The position numbers and the translations under genes were made by a program. From Babesia bigemina (lineage: Eukaryota), in the NCBI RefSeq assembly GCF_000981445.1, contig NC_027216.1:558001-622000 (forward strand): DNA of 64,000 nt, written 5' to 3'. Positions 1-14,232 of this stretch are shown here, one piece after another; within the stretch, counting starts at the first letter, position 1, and every line of letters starts with the position of its first letter. The notes beneath the pieces are model-generated. The model had not been told where the DNA came from. It saw only the letters and a list, made by a program, of their open reading frames with translations, and ran no database searches.

Positions 1-134
1 CTTACATGGTCCCTTTATGTATGCATACCAATGATGCACGTTTGATCCAACCAACATTAATCGCATATTTGGGTCATCCATTCGACTAGATTCCTTAAGC
101 TCCTTTAGGAGCCGGCTTCGCGCCAGAGCCATTC

Positions 135-795
135 TTGAGCACACGGGAACGCTTCAATCTTCTGCCGCACCTATCGTACCCGTCGCCTCCCATAGTAGAT
201 CGGCGCAGATTGACCAGAGCCGACGTAGAGGCTCGAATGGAGTGCCTCACCCGTCTCAATCGCGCAACTGCCAGTATATTACATCGACATGAAAATCACT
301 TCTTATTTCACTATCATAAAACAGGAGAGTATTATTTCCTGAGGGTTTAAAATTACCTATACGATGGACATTGATATTATAATCGCTAATCTCGCCCTTC
401 ACCGAGCTCTTCAACTTCTGCGAGCAAAATTAGATCTTGCCATGTATGACGGCAGGTAATAACAACGTAACGATGTGTAATAAAAATATAGAGCTTGGTG
501 ACAATTGTTCCGGCGGCTCACCTCGAACTTCCGTTCTATCTCACGCGACTTCCGGAAGACCTCTTGGTGGTACTGCTGACTGGGCAACGCACGCCTAACC
601 ATCTGATTCAGCGTCACCCATTTGAGATTTGAGTTCCCAAACGAAATTCATGTGTACGAACCAGTTTCAGTGCTGTTAGATGGGTCCGCTGTTGCAGCGC
701 CACGAAATCCCTAACGTAGTCGACCCTGGCGTTATTGCGTGCCGTGCGAAACGAACTCACATGACGTTTACCGCAAGGAATGATTATGAGGTAAT
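135..795 (+). pseudogene. Decayed paralogue of the orphan ORF at 14662-15432
   Basis: Collinear peptide matches across frames, interrupted by stops: YPSPPI..LT..LTRL..ENHFLFHY vs YPDMPI..LT..LVRL..ENFLVHY; LFRRL vs MYRRL; LLDGSAVAAPR vs IIDGLSVNPPR; RAVRNELT* vs RNARNEICW. Confidence 0.5.
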
Positions 796-1578
796 AACGG
801 CCAAATCTATCGTCAGACGTCGCTGTTATAGTTGTCAACGTATTGGTGTGTCCGACGTTTCTCGATATTTTACGTCACACAGAGAGGAAAAATTGACAGC
901 TGCAGCGGGTCAAACATACCCTATCGTATCATCGTATCGACATATGCGGTGTTTGACCATGCCGACGCCCTAAGTAATATACTCAGGCAGTTGATTGTGG
1001 CTGTATGTGACACCCTGTCCAGAAAAGGGCAGTGAAACGGAGGCAACACCGCGTGCTAGAATGACAAACTATTGCACTTTAATTCACAATGTACATATGT
1101 TTAATTAAATATAAACACATACGACTCGTATTCATCTGAATTGGTCGACACCACAGTGTGCCTTGCATCACGGAGTGACATGGCGACACCACTTCAGGCG
1201 CAGCAATACGTCCATCTTTTTGCGGCCTGTTCAGGCTGAAAAATCGAATGATAGTTTACCAACACGGTGTGTATATGACCGAGTGGCCATAATTTGCATG
1301 GAACCTCAGTTTCAATTGCTCGGACACACCCCCTCGACCCTGTAGGCTAGGCATCTTACGGACGGCGCAGACAACGATGGTGAGCAGCGCCTAAGGAGAA
1401 GGAACCTAATTGGGGATCATACTTGGAGGTGCCCAAAGCGCGCGGCGAAGTCCGTAAACACCAAGCAGTGTCGCACGTGCGAAACACTGCGAACGCGTCG
1501 TAGGCAAGCCTACCGGGCGTCTCGTGCGTGTGTGATTACAAACTACATTACCCGTGAAAGGGCGTAGATTGGGTCAAG

Positions 1579-4500
1579 ATGTTGATAAAGTGCAAGACCA
1601 AGAGCCCTAGGGTGAAGGGTATCACCTTCCACCCTAGCCTACATTTCCTCCTGGCATCGATGCACTCGGGTGAAATCCAGCTCTGGAACTACCTGAACTC
1701 GTCACTGGTCGACGTTTTCGAGTACCATGAGGGGCCGGTGCGCGGTATCGACTTCCACCCGCTGCAGCCGCTGTTTGCCAGTGGTGGAGACGATACGAAT
1801 GTCGTCGTGTGGGACTTCAAACAGAAGAAAATGCTCTTTGCGATGTCAGGGCACAATGATTACGTCAGAACAGTGCAGTTCCACCCAAACTATCCGTGGA
1901 TTGTATCGTCATCAGATGACCAAACTGTTAGGATTTGGAACTGGCAGGGCAGGAGCTGCATCAGCGTTCTGCAAGGGCACATGCATTACGTGATGTGCGC
2001 CAGGTTCCATCCGAGTAAGGACCTACTCGTGTCAGCCAGTTTGGATCAGACTGCGAGGATATGGGACATCACCCAGCTCCGTGAGAAGAATTGCGCAATA
2101 CAAGGCGTAGTCGGGCAATCGGGATCTAACCTGCTCTCCAATGTGCATATGATTAGTTGTGGCAATGGTCACTCGGCACAATCGGATTTAGGCAGGAAAA
2201 CGGACAGAGTGCCCTTCACCGATGTCACCTGTCTATACACACTTGTTGGACACGAGAAGGGGGTCAACTGGGCTGTTTTCCACGATGTTCTACCGTGCGC
2301 CATAACTGCTAGTGATGACAAAACCATCCGCGTGTGGAGGTTCAACGGGCCGAATATCTGGCAAACCAATATTCTGAAGGGGCACACCAACAATATCTGC
2401 TCGCTGATTATGCATCCGAACAACATCAACTACCTGCTGTCGGTATCCGAAGATAAGTCCATAAAGGTCTGGGACACGAAGAAGTGGACGCTGGCGCACA
2501 CCTTCATGTTGGAAAAGGACCGATTCTGGATTGTGCAAAGTGCCAAAGACTCCAACTACATTGCTGCCGGCCATGATTCGGGCTTGATCGTATTTAAGCT
2601 CTTCAAAGAAAGGCCCATCGTAACTGTCGTCGGCAACACGCTTTATTACGTGTGGAACGATTCCATTTACTCCAGCAACATTGAGAAGGAGCTGGAGTTG
2701 AGCAGAGAAGAGGCGAAGAAGTCCACGCCGGAGGTTGCTGAAGTCAAGGAGCATAGGTGCGTTAGACACTGTGCGGCCCACGATGATCACTCACATGGAA
2801 TGACTTTGGATGATTTCCTGGGATTCAGCACCTGTATGCATCAAAACTCACTGGAGAACCAAGACAAGTCTCAGATACGGGATGACCTGGTTTTCCCATC
2901 ACCGTCTGGTGACTTTTGCAAGAAGAATCGCACGAAAATTTTGCTGATAAATGGCGTTGCTGATTCTGAGTCCATCGTTAAGCGCTTTATGACCGCCTTA
3001 CTGATACAAACGCCGATCCCGCCGGATGTTGGGGCCACTGGCGGTCTCATATTCCCCTTTTCGATGCACTACAATCACTATTGCGCAGACAAGAGCGTGT
3101 TCCTCGTGAACTACAATTACAAGGGGAGGTCATTCTACGAAATCATGATCCGCGAAAATGCAACCAACAACCTCAGCGACCATCGGGCAACGTGCCATAT
3201 CGGGGAAGCCGTGTCGTCGTGCTTCGTATCCCGATCTCTGGTTGCGGCCATCAACCCCTCTGGCAAAATGACGGTGCACAATCTGGATGGAGAGGAGGCG
3301 TCTGAGATTGGAATAGACATGAAGTTGGACAAGATCTTTTCAGTCTGCGTAAACATCGTCCTCGTGTGGTCCAGCAGCGAAAACGCGATCGTGTTGTATG
3401 ACGTTGCCATGAGGAAAACGCTCTGCACAGCACATGGTACACTAGGCAAGCTCTGCGACGTCATCGTCTCCAAATCAAAGAAGCTCATAGCGGCCGTGTA
3501 CCGCAAGTTCGTCGTGATCTTCGACAGGGACCTGAAGAAGCTTGCCTCCGTCGAAATGCAAGGAAGGGTAAAAACCGCAGCCTGGCATGAAAACAATGCG
3601 CTGTTCTTTGCCACCAGCGATCGCATTTATTATCTTATGGTCAATGGCGACTTGGGAGTGATGCGCAGCATAGACAAACCGGTTTACATCATTCGTATCA
3701 AGGACAACGCGCTATACGTCATGCAGCGCAACCACAAGTGCTATAAGATGGAAATCGTGTCAAACGAATTTCTCTTCAAAATGGCGCTGTACCATAACAA
3801 GATTGAAACAGCCAAGAAACTTATAGAAACGGGGAAGGTACATGGTTACGCCATGGTTTCCTACCTTATTGAAAAGGGCCACCCATCTCTGGCCCGCATG
3901 ATAATTCGGGATCCCCAGATGAGGTTCGATTTGGCCCTCAGTTGTGGCAACCTCGATGACGCATATGAGGACGCACAGGTTCTGGATGACGTCGAGGCCT
4001 GGAAGAGTCTTGGTGACGCGGCATTGGAACAAGGCAATTGCGTCATTTCCGAGGTCGCGTTCCAAAAGGCCAAACTCTTCGAGAAACTCACTATGCTGTA
4101 CGTGATCACAGGAAACACCATCAAGCTTAAGAAGATGATGAACATCTGCAAGTTCAGGAACGACATCCCCTCGACTGTTCAGCACGCCCTCTACCTGGGT
4201 GACATGGGTGAACTGGCTAATATTCTAAAAGAAAACAAGAAAAGCAAGCTGGCTGAAATATGCGAGGCGACGTACGCCATCAACGGTAAGGCCGCCGAGG
4301 GAGGACGGCCAAATACGTTCTATATGGTCCCCCCGCAACCTGTGCACAGAGCTACGGTTGAGAATGTGAACTGGCCTGTGACTCCACTGGAGGCTGTAGT
4401 TCGGGAACCTTTGTGCTACGACGACGCCGACGCGGGTGAGGCCGATATTGACATCGTGACGATGGAGGAAGCCAATCAAAACAAGCCAAGTCAGGTGAAC

Positions 4501-5452
4501 GCCGATATTTGGGGCACCATCGACGAAATAGATTCCATGGAATACGCCAACGACTCTGCTAACGTAACTGAGGAAGCAGAGGAGCAATGCAAAATCCATG
4601 ACTCGCGTTGCCGATCACCCCTGGACTTCATTTCCATAGGTAGGTGTGATTACTTTTATGTAACATAACCATGCAGGTGAAACGGGACGTGCTTTGGATG
4701 CGCTGGAGCGATCGTTTGGACTGGATGACAGGGCTTCGCTTGAGGAAATCCTCGCGAAGGCGCACATTTCGTCAGAAGCTTCACATCAATCGCAATCACA
4801 ATATGCCGAGAACTGGAGTCGAATCCTCAACCACGAGCATGTGGCCGGCATAATGAACAGAGGCTACGCGCACGTCACCGCTGGTGCATTTGAGGATGCG
4901 ATAACTGAATTCCGACATGCGCTGAAGCATTGGATATTCCTGGTCAGCGCAGGGTCTCGCGATTACATTGACCAGTGCCGTATCTACGTAACGGCGATGC
5001 TGCTGGAGGGGGAACGCGAGCGGCTGGCCGAGACGGATACCCGCAGGTCGCTCGAGCTCGCGGCGTACTTCTCCTGCTGTAACCTGCTGCCCCAACACCA
5101 GTATTTGGTGATGCGGCGCACCATGGGCATCATGTGGAAGGCGCAAAATTACAAGACGGCAGCGCGGATTGTAACCAGGCTGCTATCGCAGGACGTGTCC
5201 AGCATAGAGGGCGCGGAGGAGGAGATGCAGAAGGCGAAGAAAATTTATGCGCTGTGCGAGCAGAAGGGCATTGAGACCTACTCGCTCGATTATGACGAAG
5301 ATGACGAGCGGGATCTGAACATATGTACGATTAGCCTTGTCAAAACACAGGGGCAACCTACGGTGCAATGCCGATTCTGTAACGCAGTCGCCTTGGAGAA
5401 ATATGTCTCGCAGATCTGCAACATCTGTCGGCTGTGCAAACTTACCAGGTGA
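1579..5452 (+). CDS. COPA: Coatomer subunit alpha (2 exons, intron 4640-4676)
   Basis: N-terminus RVKGITFHP followed by WD40 repeats and the coatomer WDAD region. C-terminus has ELAAYF and CxxC motifs. A GT-AG intron joins ORFs 1579 and 4694 in frame. Confidence 0.96.
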
Positions 5453-5715
5453 CCGCTGTTTTAATTTCAATCGTAGCCTAATACCTGTTTTCCGACAATG
5501 TTGAGCTTGATTATGGTGGTGTATGTACACGTCGTCAGCGCCATTTCTTCGTCCGCAATCACAATAATGATCAGCGGATCCGCCTAGAGACTACGCGCCG
5601 TCGCAACATATTCGCTCTTCTATTTACTTTTTGCGGATTTTAGAACATTTTCTACGCATCAACGTACTAGATTAACACATGTTCTGCTGTCTGCATTGAG
5701 TTTTGGCGTTTGAGG

Positions 5716-6009
5716 CTACGATGAATAATTTTTGATTAAAGGCTCGGCGTTGTATGTATTGCGATACTCTCTGAAGTAACTACGCAAATTGTCGATCGGT
5801 TTCTGATACCACCTGCCGTACCAAATGATGAGTGAGAGCACTATGAAAACCGCCATGAAGGTGCAGAAAATGGCGATGCCGGCGCCGCGCGGACAACATT
5901 TGCAGTCACAGAACAAGGTACATTTGGGACAGATTTTATGACAGCGGTTCTGGCTTCCATTACATTTGTCGTGTTCCCCCTCCGTCAACTTACCCTGCGC
6001 CGCACCCAT
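5716..6009 (-). CDS. Cys-rich single-TM microprotein (97 aa), family member A1
   Basis: AAAATG start; CPKCTLFCDCKCC motif followed by a hydrophobic helix. Clear paralogue at 44162-44452 with the frame conserved. Confidence 0.8.
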   Translation of the reverse strand: MGAAQGKLTEGEHDKCNGSQNRCHKICPKCTLFCDCKCCPRGAGIAIFCTFMAVFIVLSLIIWYGRWYQKPIDNLRSYFREYRNTYNAEPLIKNYSS

Positions 6010-7130
6010 TTTACTCGACCTTAACAATGAACAACGCACCACGAAGCTAGCAGCGGTCGGAAGATACAAACCTTCCGTGTTAAGCAAACAACAAAACCCC
6101 AGATATCACTATGTGTCTTAAATGACTCAACCAAAATACTTCTTAGGGTTGGAAACTCAATGCGCCATTGGCCATGCATGGTAGTGGGTAATCATTGACC
6201 CACAGAAAACTCCACTGCATCAGGTACATGTCGCACGTCTTCATTTAATCTGCATATATAATGTCATAATACGATTCGGCGAAGTACAAGACATTGGAAT
6301 CCACGTCGCAACCTCCAAAGCTGGACGCGAGACAGCGAAGGGTACCATCTGCGTAATTTCGATAACGGACGGCCCTCTTACATTTGAGTCTGCATTTACG
6401 AGAGCATGAATTCACGGAGTTATCGGAGAGCCCAGTTGTTAGTTCGTTGGACCGTTGCATAATGCCAATCTCATGAGCCTGGTCTCAAATGGCATGCGGG
6501 ACGTAGACATTCAGAAGCAATGCTGATAATTGATTCTGCAACGATGACCTCGTTATCAGCAAATATCGTATCTTTCAACATTGTTCCCATCCATTTCTCT
6601 ATCATATGTCGGAGCAGAAGTTTCAACGATTTCTAACGCGAATTTCTTTCTCACGCCCCAACTCGTTTTCGCTGACGCTATCATCACATCTTAAAAAATC
6701 CAAGCAACTCGAATATCTCTACAACGTTGACGTAGAATGGTTGGCTCAGTCCAAAATAATTTTAAGTATTGCGATCGAAGGCCGTGTTATTAGACCCCCA
6801 GAATCTCATTTGGCCGCAGCTGGAAAGTTGTTGAAACAACGTTTCAAAAGCGTAACAATTTGCTCTACTGCTTTATACATAAAGCAGTAGTACCCGTTGC
6901 CTGAAACAGTGTTATCTGCCTTCATAAGGTTTAAATATGTTTTTCCTCACCACCTGTAACTGCTCCTTGCCTCAAACAATGTTCAGTGAAACGGTTATTA
7001 CTGAGGTGACGTATAGAATTTATCAGTTGATACGATACCAGTGCTACAATCATGTTTAAACCGGTGTCATAAGGTTCACTATATTGTTGAATTGCTTCCC
7101 TCCGAGTGGGCAGTCAGCACAAATGGTTGC
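5716..7130. repeat. Left arm of duplicated island, copy 1 (direct repeat of ~44162-45570)
   Basis: 6172-6312 matches 44617-44757 (3 mismatches in 141 nt). 6621-6833 matches 45063-45275 (3 in 213 nt). The sequence between and beyond these patches is diverged but collinear. Confidence 0.92.
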
Positions 7131-7200
7131 TTTGTCTACTTCGTTCGCAGCATCAATATAATAATGCCTGCTTCCACGAGCTAATGTGCAAACCATAATT
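6245..7200 (-). pseudogene. Possible eroded ORF relic shared by both islands
   Basis: Protein-like minus-strand peptides in both copies (LLNVYVPHAI.QAHE..NELTTG..GTL.CLASS..CDVDSNVL.F.ESYYD), with stops and frameshifts. Confidence 0.35.
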
Positions 7201-8225
7201 ACCGTTGTCATTTCAAATACTTTGCAGTTTTTGTGGAATCATTAAGCAAGAGTATAGGTTGGAGTATAGACAACCTTCCCACCACCGTCAGTGAGATGGT
7301 ACCCACGGAAGCAACTTCAGCAAATATTTAAACGAACTACAACGTAGAACGTTTCAATACCAACAATTTAATGACTGAAAATAAATATGATGAGAAGCTG
7401 AATGGTGCGATTGTGCTCGCCTTGTAATATGATGCATTGTATACGTAGGGAGAACTTCAAGTGAACTATATCAGCAATAGGATGCAGTTGAAATCAACGC
7501 TGCAACATGAAATTGCAAACTGTACCACTACAATATACCGAACTGATTTTAACTGTGCGTATCGGCTGCAACTTAACCTGATAAGTTATGGATTTATAAA
7601 AGCTGTGAAGCACTCTGAATGATTCAATGTGCCCTAACAACAGTTAATAGCTTAAGAACATGCCGAGACGTTAGTGCTAAATGGAGGCCATATTTAGGCG
7701 GATGCAGTTAGTATTTATGGCAGAAAATTAGTACACTGAGAGAGTCGATTGATGTAAGCTATAAAACGGAGAAGTGATTTGTACGATAGTAATGGATGTA
7801 GAACACAGCTGTTTAGCAATTGTATGATTCAGCTATGGGTGTCGCTCTGATTAGTCGGGACAACGTGCAAGATCCATAAGGCATTTATTTACCTCCTAGG
7901 TGTTTGCATACGGACTGTTGGCAAATAGAGCTGAAATATATAAATGCAACCTATATGATAAGAAATTACCTTATGCATGCGGGTTGGTGCCGTTTACATC
8001 CCGCATTACATGCATATATGTGGTGTCACGTAGTGGCGCAATGTAGGGGTTGGTACTTAAATGCTATCAAAACGCACTGTAAAATTAGCAACACTTTCTA
8101 TATAGCATATTCACCGATATAGCGTACAACATTCTTGATGCGGTTAACGGTTCATACTCAAACTCCTTTGGCGTACTGATTCCATTCTGCGTCGGGTTTT
8201 ACCTTATTAAGTCGGCTGGAAGAAA

Positions 8226-8501
8226 ATGTCTAAGTGCGACTGCCAATCTGGATCTTGTAACTGCCCTTCTAATTCTTGTCAGCATTGTGAAAAATGGTTT
8301 TGCCAATGTGAATGTTGCGTGAAGCAACGGAATACAATATTCTGCTGTCTCCTAGCCCTTATAGTCTTCGCAGTTTTACTTGCTTTTGCTATATACCTCT
8401 ATAAGACAAAGTCATCGGCTTACATCATTCCAAAGGCAGTGTACGACTGGACCGGGTACACTTCGACATACACCGGACTTGGAAGCAAAAATCTCAATTA
8501 A
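8226..8501 (+). CDS. Cys-rich single-TM microprotein (91 aa), family member B
   Basis: AAAATG start; CQHCEKWFCQCECC motif followed by TM IFCCLLALIVFAVLLAFAIYLY. Same architecture as A1/A2. Confidence 0.75.
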   Translation: MSKCDCQSGSCNCPSNSCQHCEKWFCQCECCVKQRNTIFCCLLALIVFAVLLAFAIYLYKTKSSAYIIPKAVYDWTGYTSTYTGLGSKNLN

Positions 8502-9961
8502 CTTAGAAATACAGGAGAACATCCTGTCTTTCATGTGATATACTAATGTAGTTGTATGATCACATGAGTTTAATGATGGGCTTGGTTTACATTAACGATG
8601 TTGTAGCAACGGTATGTGATAAACATCGGCCAGAAATTAATGATCGCAACTGCAAACTAGTAAAAATTCGTTTATGCGAGTCACATGAGCGTGAACCGAA
8701 AATGATTTCCGAGAATTCACGTTGATATTTGCCATTGCCGCACAACTAATTATTTAATGCGTCAAATCAGCATTAAATCTACTTCACAGCGCATTAACGT
8801 TATATATTGCCAACGATGTGTTTTTCAATAGCGCGCCACAATTGACAAATGGGTTCTTTTGCAATTCGTTGTTACACCAATAGTTATTAAAGCGATGGCA
8901 GCAATAAAGAGAGGGCTATGTCAACTGTAATTTTTGAGGAGGAAAATGCATAACAGTTGAAAAAAGTAAATACATCTACCATAATTGTAATCATGGGCCC
9001 AATGGAGTTATCCGTGACTGATGCGTTATATAGGTCTCAGTCTTTGTACTCCATCTAGCCATCCATATTTTCTGAGCTATTTTTACGGAGAACGTTCTGA
9101 AGCTTATGTTGACATAGCTACCTCATTCACTAATACAACCGAAAGTTACGCTGCATCTAAAAGGAGTATTTCAGGTGGAGCATTTCCTAGAAGACTGATC
9201 ACTACTCCGCCTTTACATAAAAGACCGACTCTACCTTTAAGCATAATAAATAAAACTTCAAGATCGCAAAACGATATTAATGGTAATATAATGGCTTGAT
9301 TCTACTCTGCTTCAGACTACTCACCGCAGCGATGACTGTTTTAAAGCTTGCATATGCGGATGAGAAAGACACCCGGTTGCTTCGATATTTTTTTTTTGCG
9401 TTCCCAAATTGTTACATGGAACATCATAGGATCCACATTATAAACATTGGAATTTCTCAGTTAGATCTCTTAAGAGCTACTTATAACTTCATGCGTCGAA
9501 CCATTTTAGTTTGTGCTATGCCGCCTGAGTTTTAGGTATCATGGAGCATTTATTTAGTGGTAGTATAGTTACACAGTTAGGTAGTTAGTCATCCAGACTG
9601 GCAGGTGAAAGATGACGTTTTTGTGTCGAGTGTAGTACTAGGACAGTGGATTGCGCGTTACTGTTTGGTTAGGTGGTAAATTAGCGAGTCATGCATGGAC
9701 TCTCCGTCTTTTTTGTAGGTGGACAGCATTTTTCAGAATGAGTACATTTAAAGCAATAATTATAGTTTTCACTTGTATCATGATCCTACAGTGAGGTTCG
9801 ACTAGGGAGACCCTAGCGCATTCAAAACGTGGCACAGAGCGAGGTGCCAGAGGGATTGGGAATACGTTCTTTAGTATGGCATACTTCATTGCCGTTTTAT
9901 CTAAATTATGATGTCCATATGCCTCATATATGTACGTGGAGGTTGTGTGGGTTCACACTAC

Positions 9962-10357
9962 GCCAAAGTTGCCAGTCGGGAATAATTCTTCCCCCAGCAC
10001 AAGATAGTCGGGATGCCAGGTGTGCTGGTATAGGCACTAGATCTTGTCAGTTAGACGACGGGGTTCGCAGTTGGAGGTACGTAGTTCGTTGCTGTGCAGG
10101 GTTGGTTGCAAACAGGTTAAGGGAAGATGGCTGGTGAAGAAGCAGGCTACGTTGTTGCCGGTATTGCCATAATCGCCCTTCCTATCTTGGTCATTTACAT
10201 CATGGGTCAAATGTATAACGTAAGTCTTGGAGAGTTTTTCGCGAGACTACGTGATGGATTCCGTGACTCCAAGCCTAAACTCCAATAATCTTGTAGCCTC
10301 ACTCCGTCCATATAGGGTACCTCTAGCTACCTCACATCCCATGTCAATTTATTAATA
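9962..10357. repeat. Right arm of duplicated island, copy 1 (direct repeat of 49919-50326)
   Basis: Highly similar upstream flank. 10268-10357 vs 50237-50326 differ at 2 of 90 nt. Confidence 0.93.
10127..10288 (+). CDS. 53-aa single-TM micropeptide C1 (below ORF-track cutoff)
   Basis: MAGEEAGYVVAGIAIIALPILVIYIMGQMYNVSLGEFFARLRDGFRDSKPKLQ*. The paralogue at 50084 keeps start, stop and frame (net 12-nt indel). Confidence 0.75.
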   Translation: MAGEEAGYVVAGIAIIALPILVIYIMGQMYNVSLGEFFARLRDGFRDSKPKLQ

Positions 10358-10576
10358 GTTACACAGTCATTAAAAGCTTGTGTTAACACTCAATCATTTA
10401 TAATATGAAAGCCAAGGAGAATGGGCGTAATCATACGCAGCTGATGTCACCTCCATATCTTTTGTTGCCGCCGTTTAGAATACGTAGATGCTATGAGTTA
10501 CGGCAAATCTTATTGCAGCAAAACAAATAACATATAAGCGTATTTTCGCACTGAATGTAGTATCATTAAATTCGTG

Positions 10577-12519
<1,943 letters not shown>

Positions 12520-12826
12520 TGTAAGGAAGGCAAAATCTCAGCAACAGCGATCTACACATTCACGTCGAATCCCACACATTTGTGATTTTTACACACTACG
12601 CATTCAAATACATATGACTATATGTACGGAAGTTGTGACGCGCGTTGAACCTGCCGCTCATTACACCGGCGCGCTGTGGCCACTACAATGTTGTTTAGCG
12701 ATCCCGTCAAACGCCATCATCGGACATTCCTCTTCCAACAAAGACGCTAAGGCCACTAGTATATTACTTAGAAGTTGTTTATATTGTATGTGTAAGCGTG
12801 TCTTCCAAGGTTTTCGCCGACCGGCT

Positions 12827-14232
12827 TTATGCGATATGCTTGAAAAGCGACACCGTGTTCCGGTAAACCCTACGTTCCACTCAGGAGGTTTACACATTAA
12901 CCTACATATCGCAGAACTCTTTGAACTCCATTTCCGGAGCGACGATTTGGTGCACAACCTCGGCAACTTGTCTACGTTGGAATGAAAACCCTTGCGACAG
13001 AACTAACATTATGTGGCATGGCTCGTTCCGTTGGTTGTAGATGGTCTCTCCTGTCATTTTCTCAGCTTTCTTGACCACCGGGAAGACGGTTTTGACATAC
13101 TGGCTGCTGGCGTGTGTCGGTTTAATGCCACACCAGGGGCAGTCTACACGCGTTTGTATGTTTTGCTTTCCCCCTTACCCGTCTCCAGCATGATCTTGTC
13201 CAGAGGGACTTTCTTTAGCACTTCCAGGTTATCTGACGTTTTCAAGGAGCATCCGTTGATCCCAATGTAGAACCCTTCGTCGATGAGCCTCTGCAGGGAG
13301 GCCTCATCGCTGGTGAAGCTGTGGCAAACGCCACCCGCCTCTACCCATTTTTCCTTGTTCCTCATAAGTATATCTGCGAACAGTGTAGGTATGACACGCA
13401 AGTCATCTTTTATGCTAATTAAAACACATTGCTACTGGTAGTTGCTTCCGTCGTAAGCACGTAAAACGTTTTCATTTGGCTCACTTACCCATGGTATCTT
13501 CCGTGGCGTTCCTCATGTGCAAGAATAGTGGTAACTTGTGCTTCGCCGCGAGGTCCAGTTGTATCTCAAAATATCTGCATGAGCGTTTGATTTCCTTTAG
13601 TGCTTGCATACTTTTTCTGCACGTCCTTATCGCACCAGTTTAGCCGATCGTAATCTAGTCCCAGTTCTCCGATTGCCACTATGCGATTTCGGTGCTTTTC
13701 AATAATTTCGTCCAGCGCTTGCATGTACTGCTCCGCCGTCTTTCGGAATTTATTGCGTATGAATTCGTTGCACATGGTCGGGTGCACCCCAGCCGTTGTG
13801 AAGAGCGATATGCCTTCCTTGTCTACGACACATGTCAACCTCACAAATGGCTTCACTTACCGAACTCTTCACATATGTCTAAGGCGTCGTATATGTCACC
13901 CAGCGTACCGGCCGTGAGCAGCATCTTGGTGACACCAACCTTTTTTGCTCGATCAATGACACTGCCACATTGTCAAACACGACTGACAAGACGTAATCGC
14001 CCTACCCTGACAAGTCTGCTATGTGTCGCTGCTTGCCGTTGTACACTCCCTTGTACATTTTGTCAACAAGGTTGGCGCCGATGTCAATGAAGTCGTACGA
14101 CGGAGTACAGGAAGTCGAGTCCTCCATGTTTTTGACGGTGCTATACTGAAATCTGGAGAGTACGTTGTGTCGAATCACTGATTCGGTGCTCAAGCGTATC
14201 AAAAACGACGGCAGAAGCAGCCTCGCTTTCAT
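12827..14232 (-). CDS. TatD family DNase (TATDN1-like, multi-exon; alternative start 14127)
   Basis: [51 protein letters not shown]. Confidence 0.92.

Noticed and set aside
6606..6890. 94-aa plus-strand ORF over the conserved tract
   Set aside because: Its start and end regions are not conserved in copy 2, and it has no protein-like features.
8850..9535. Short ORFs 9021-9535 and hydrophobic minus-strand fragments
   Set aside because: No paralogue or motif support. They could be relics, but this cannot be supported.
5716..10357. Islands as transposons
   Set aside because: No terminal inverted repeats, target-site duplications, LTRs or transposase/RT ORF were seen.
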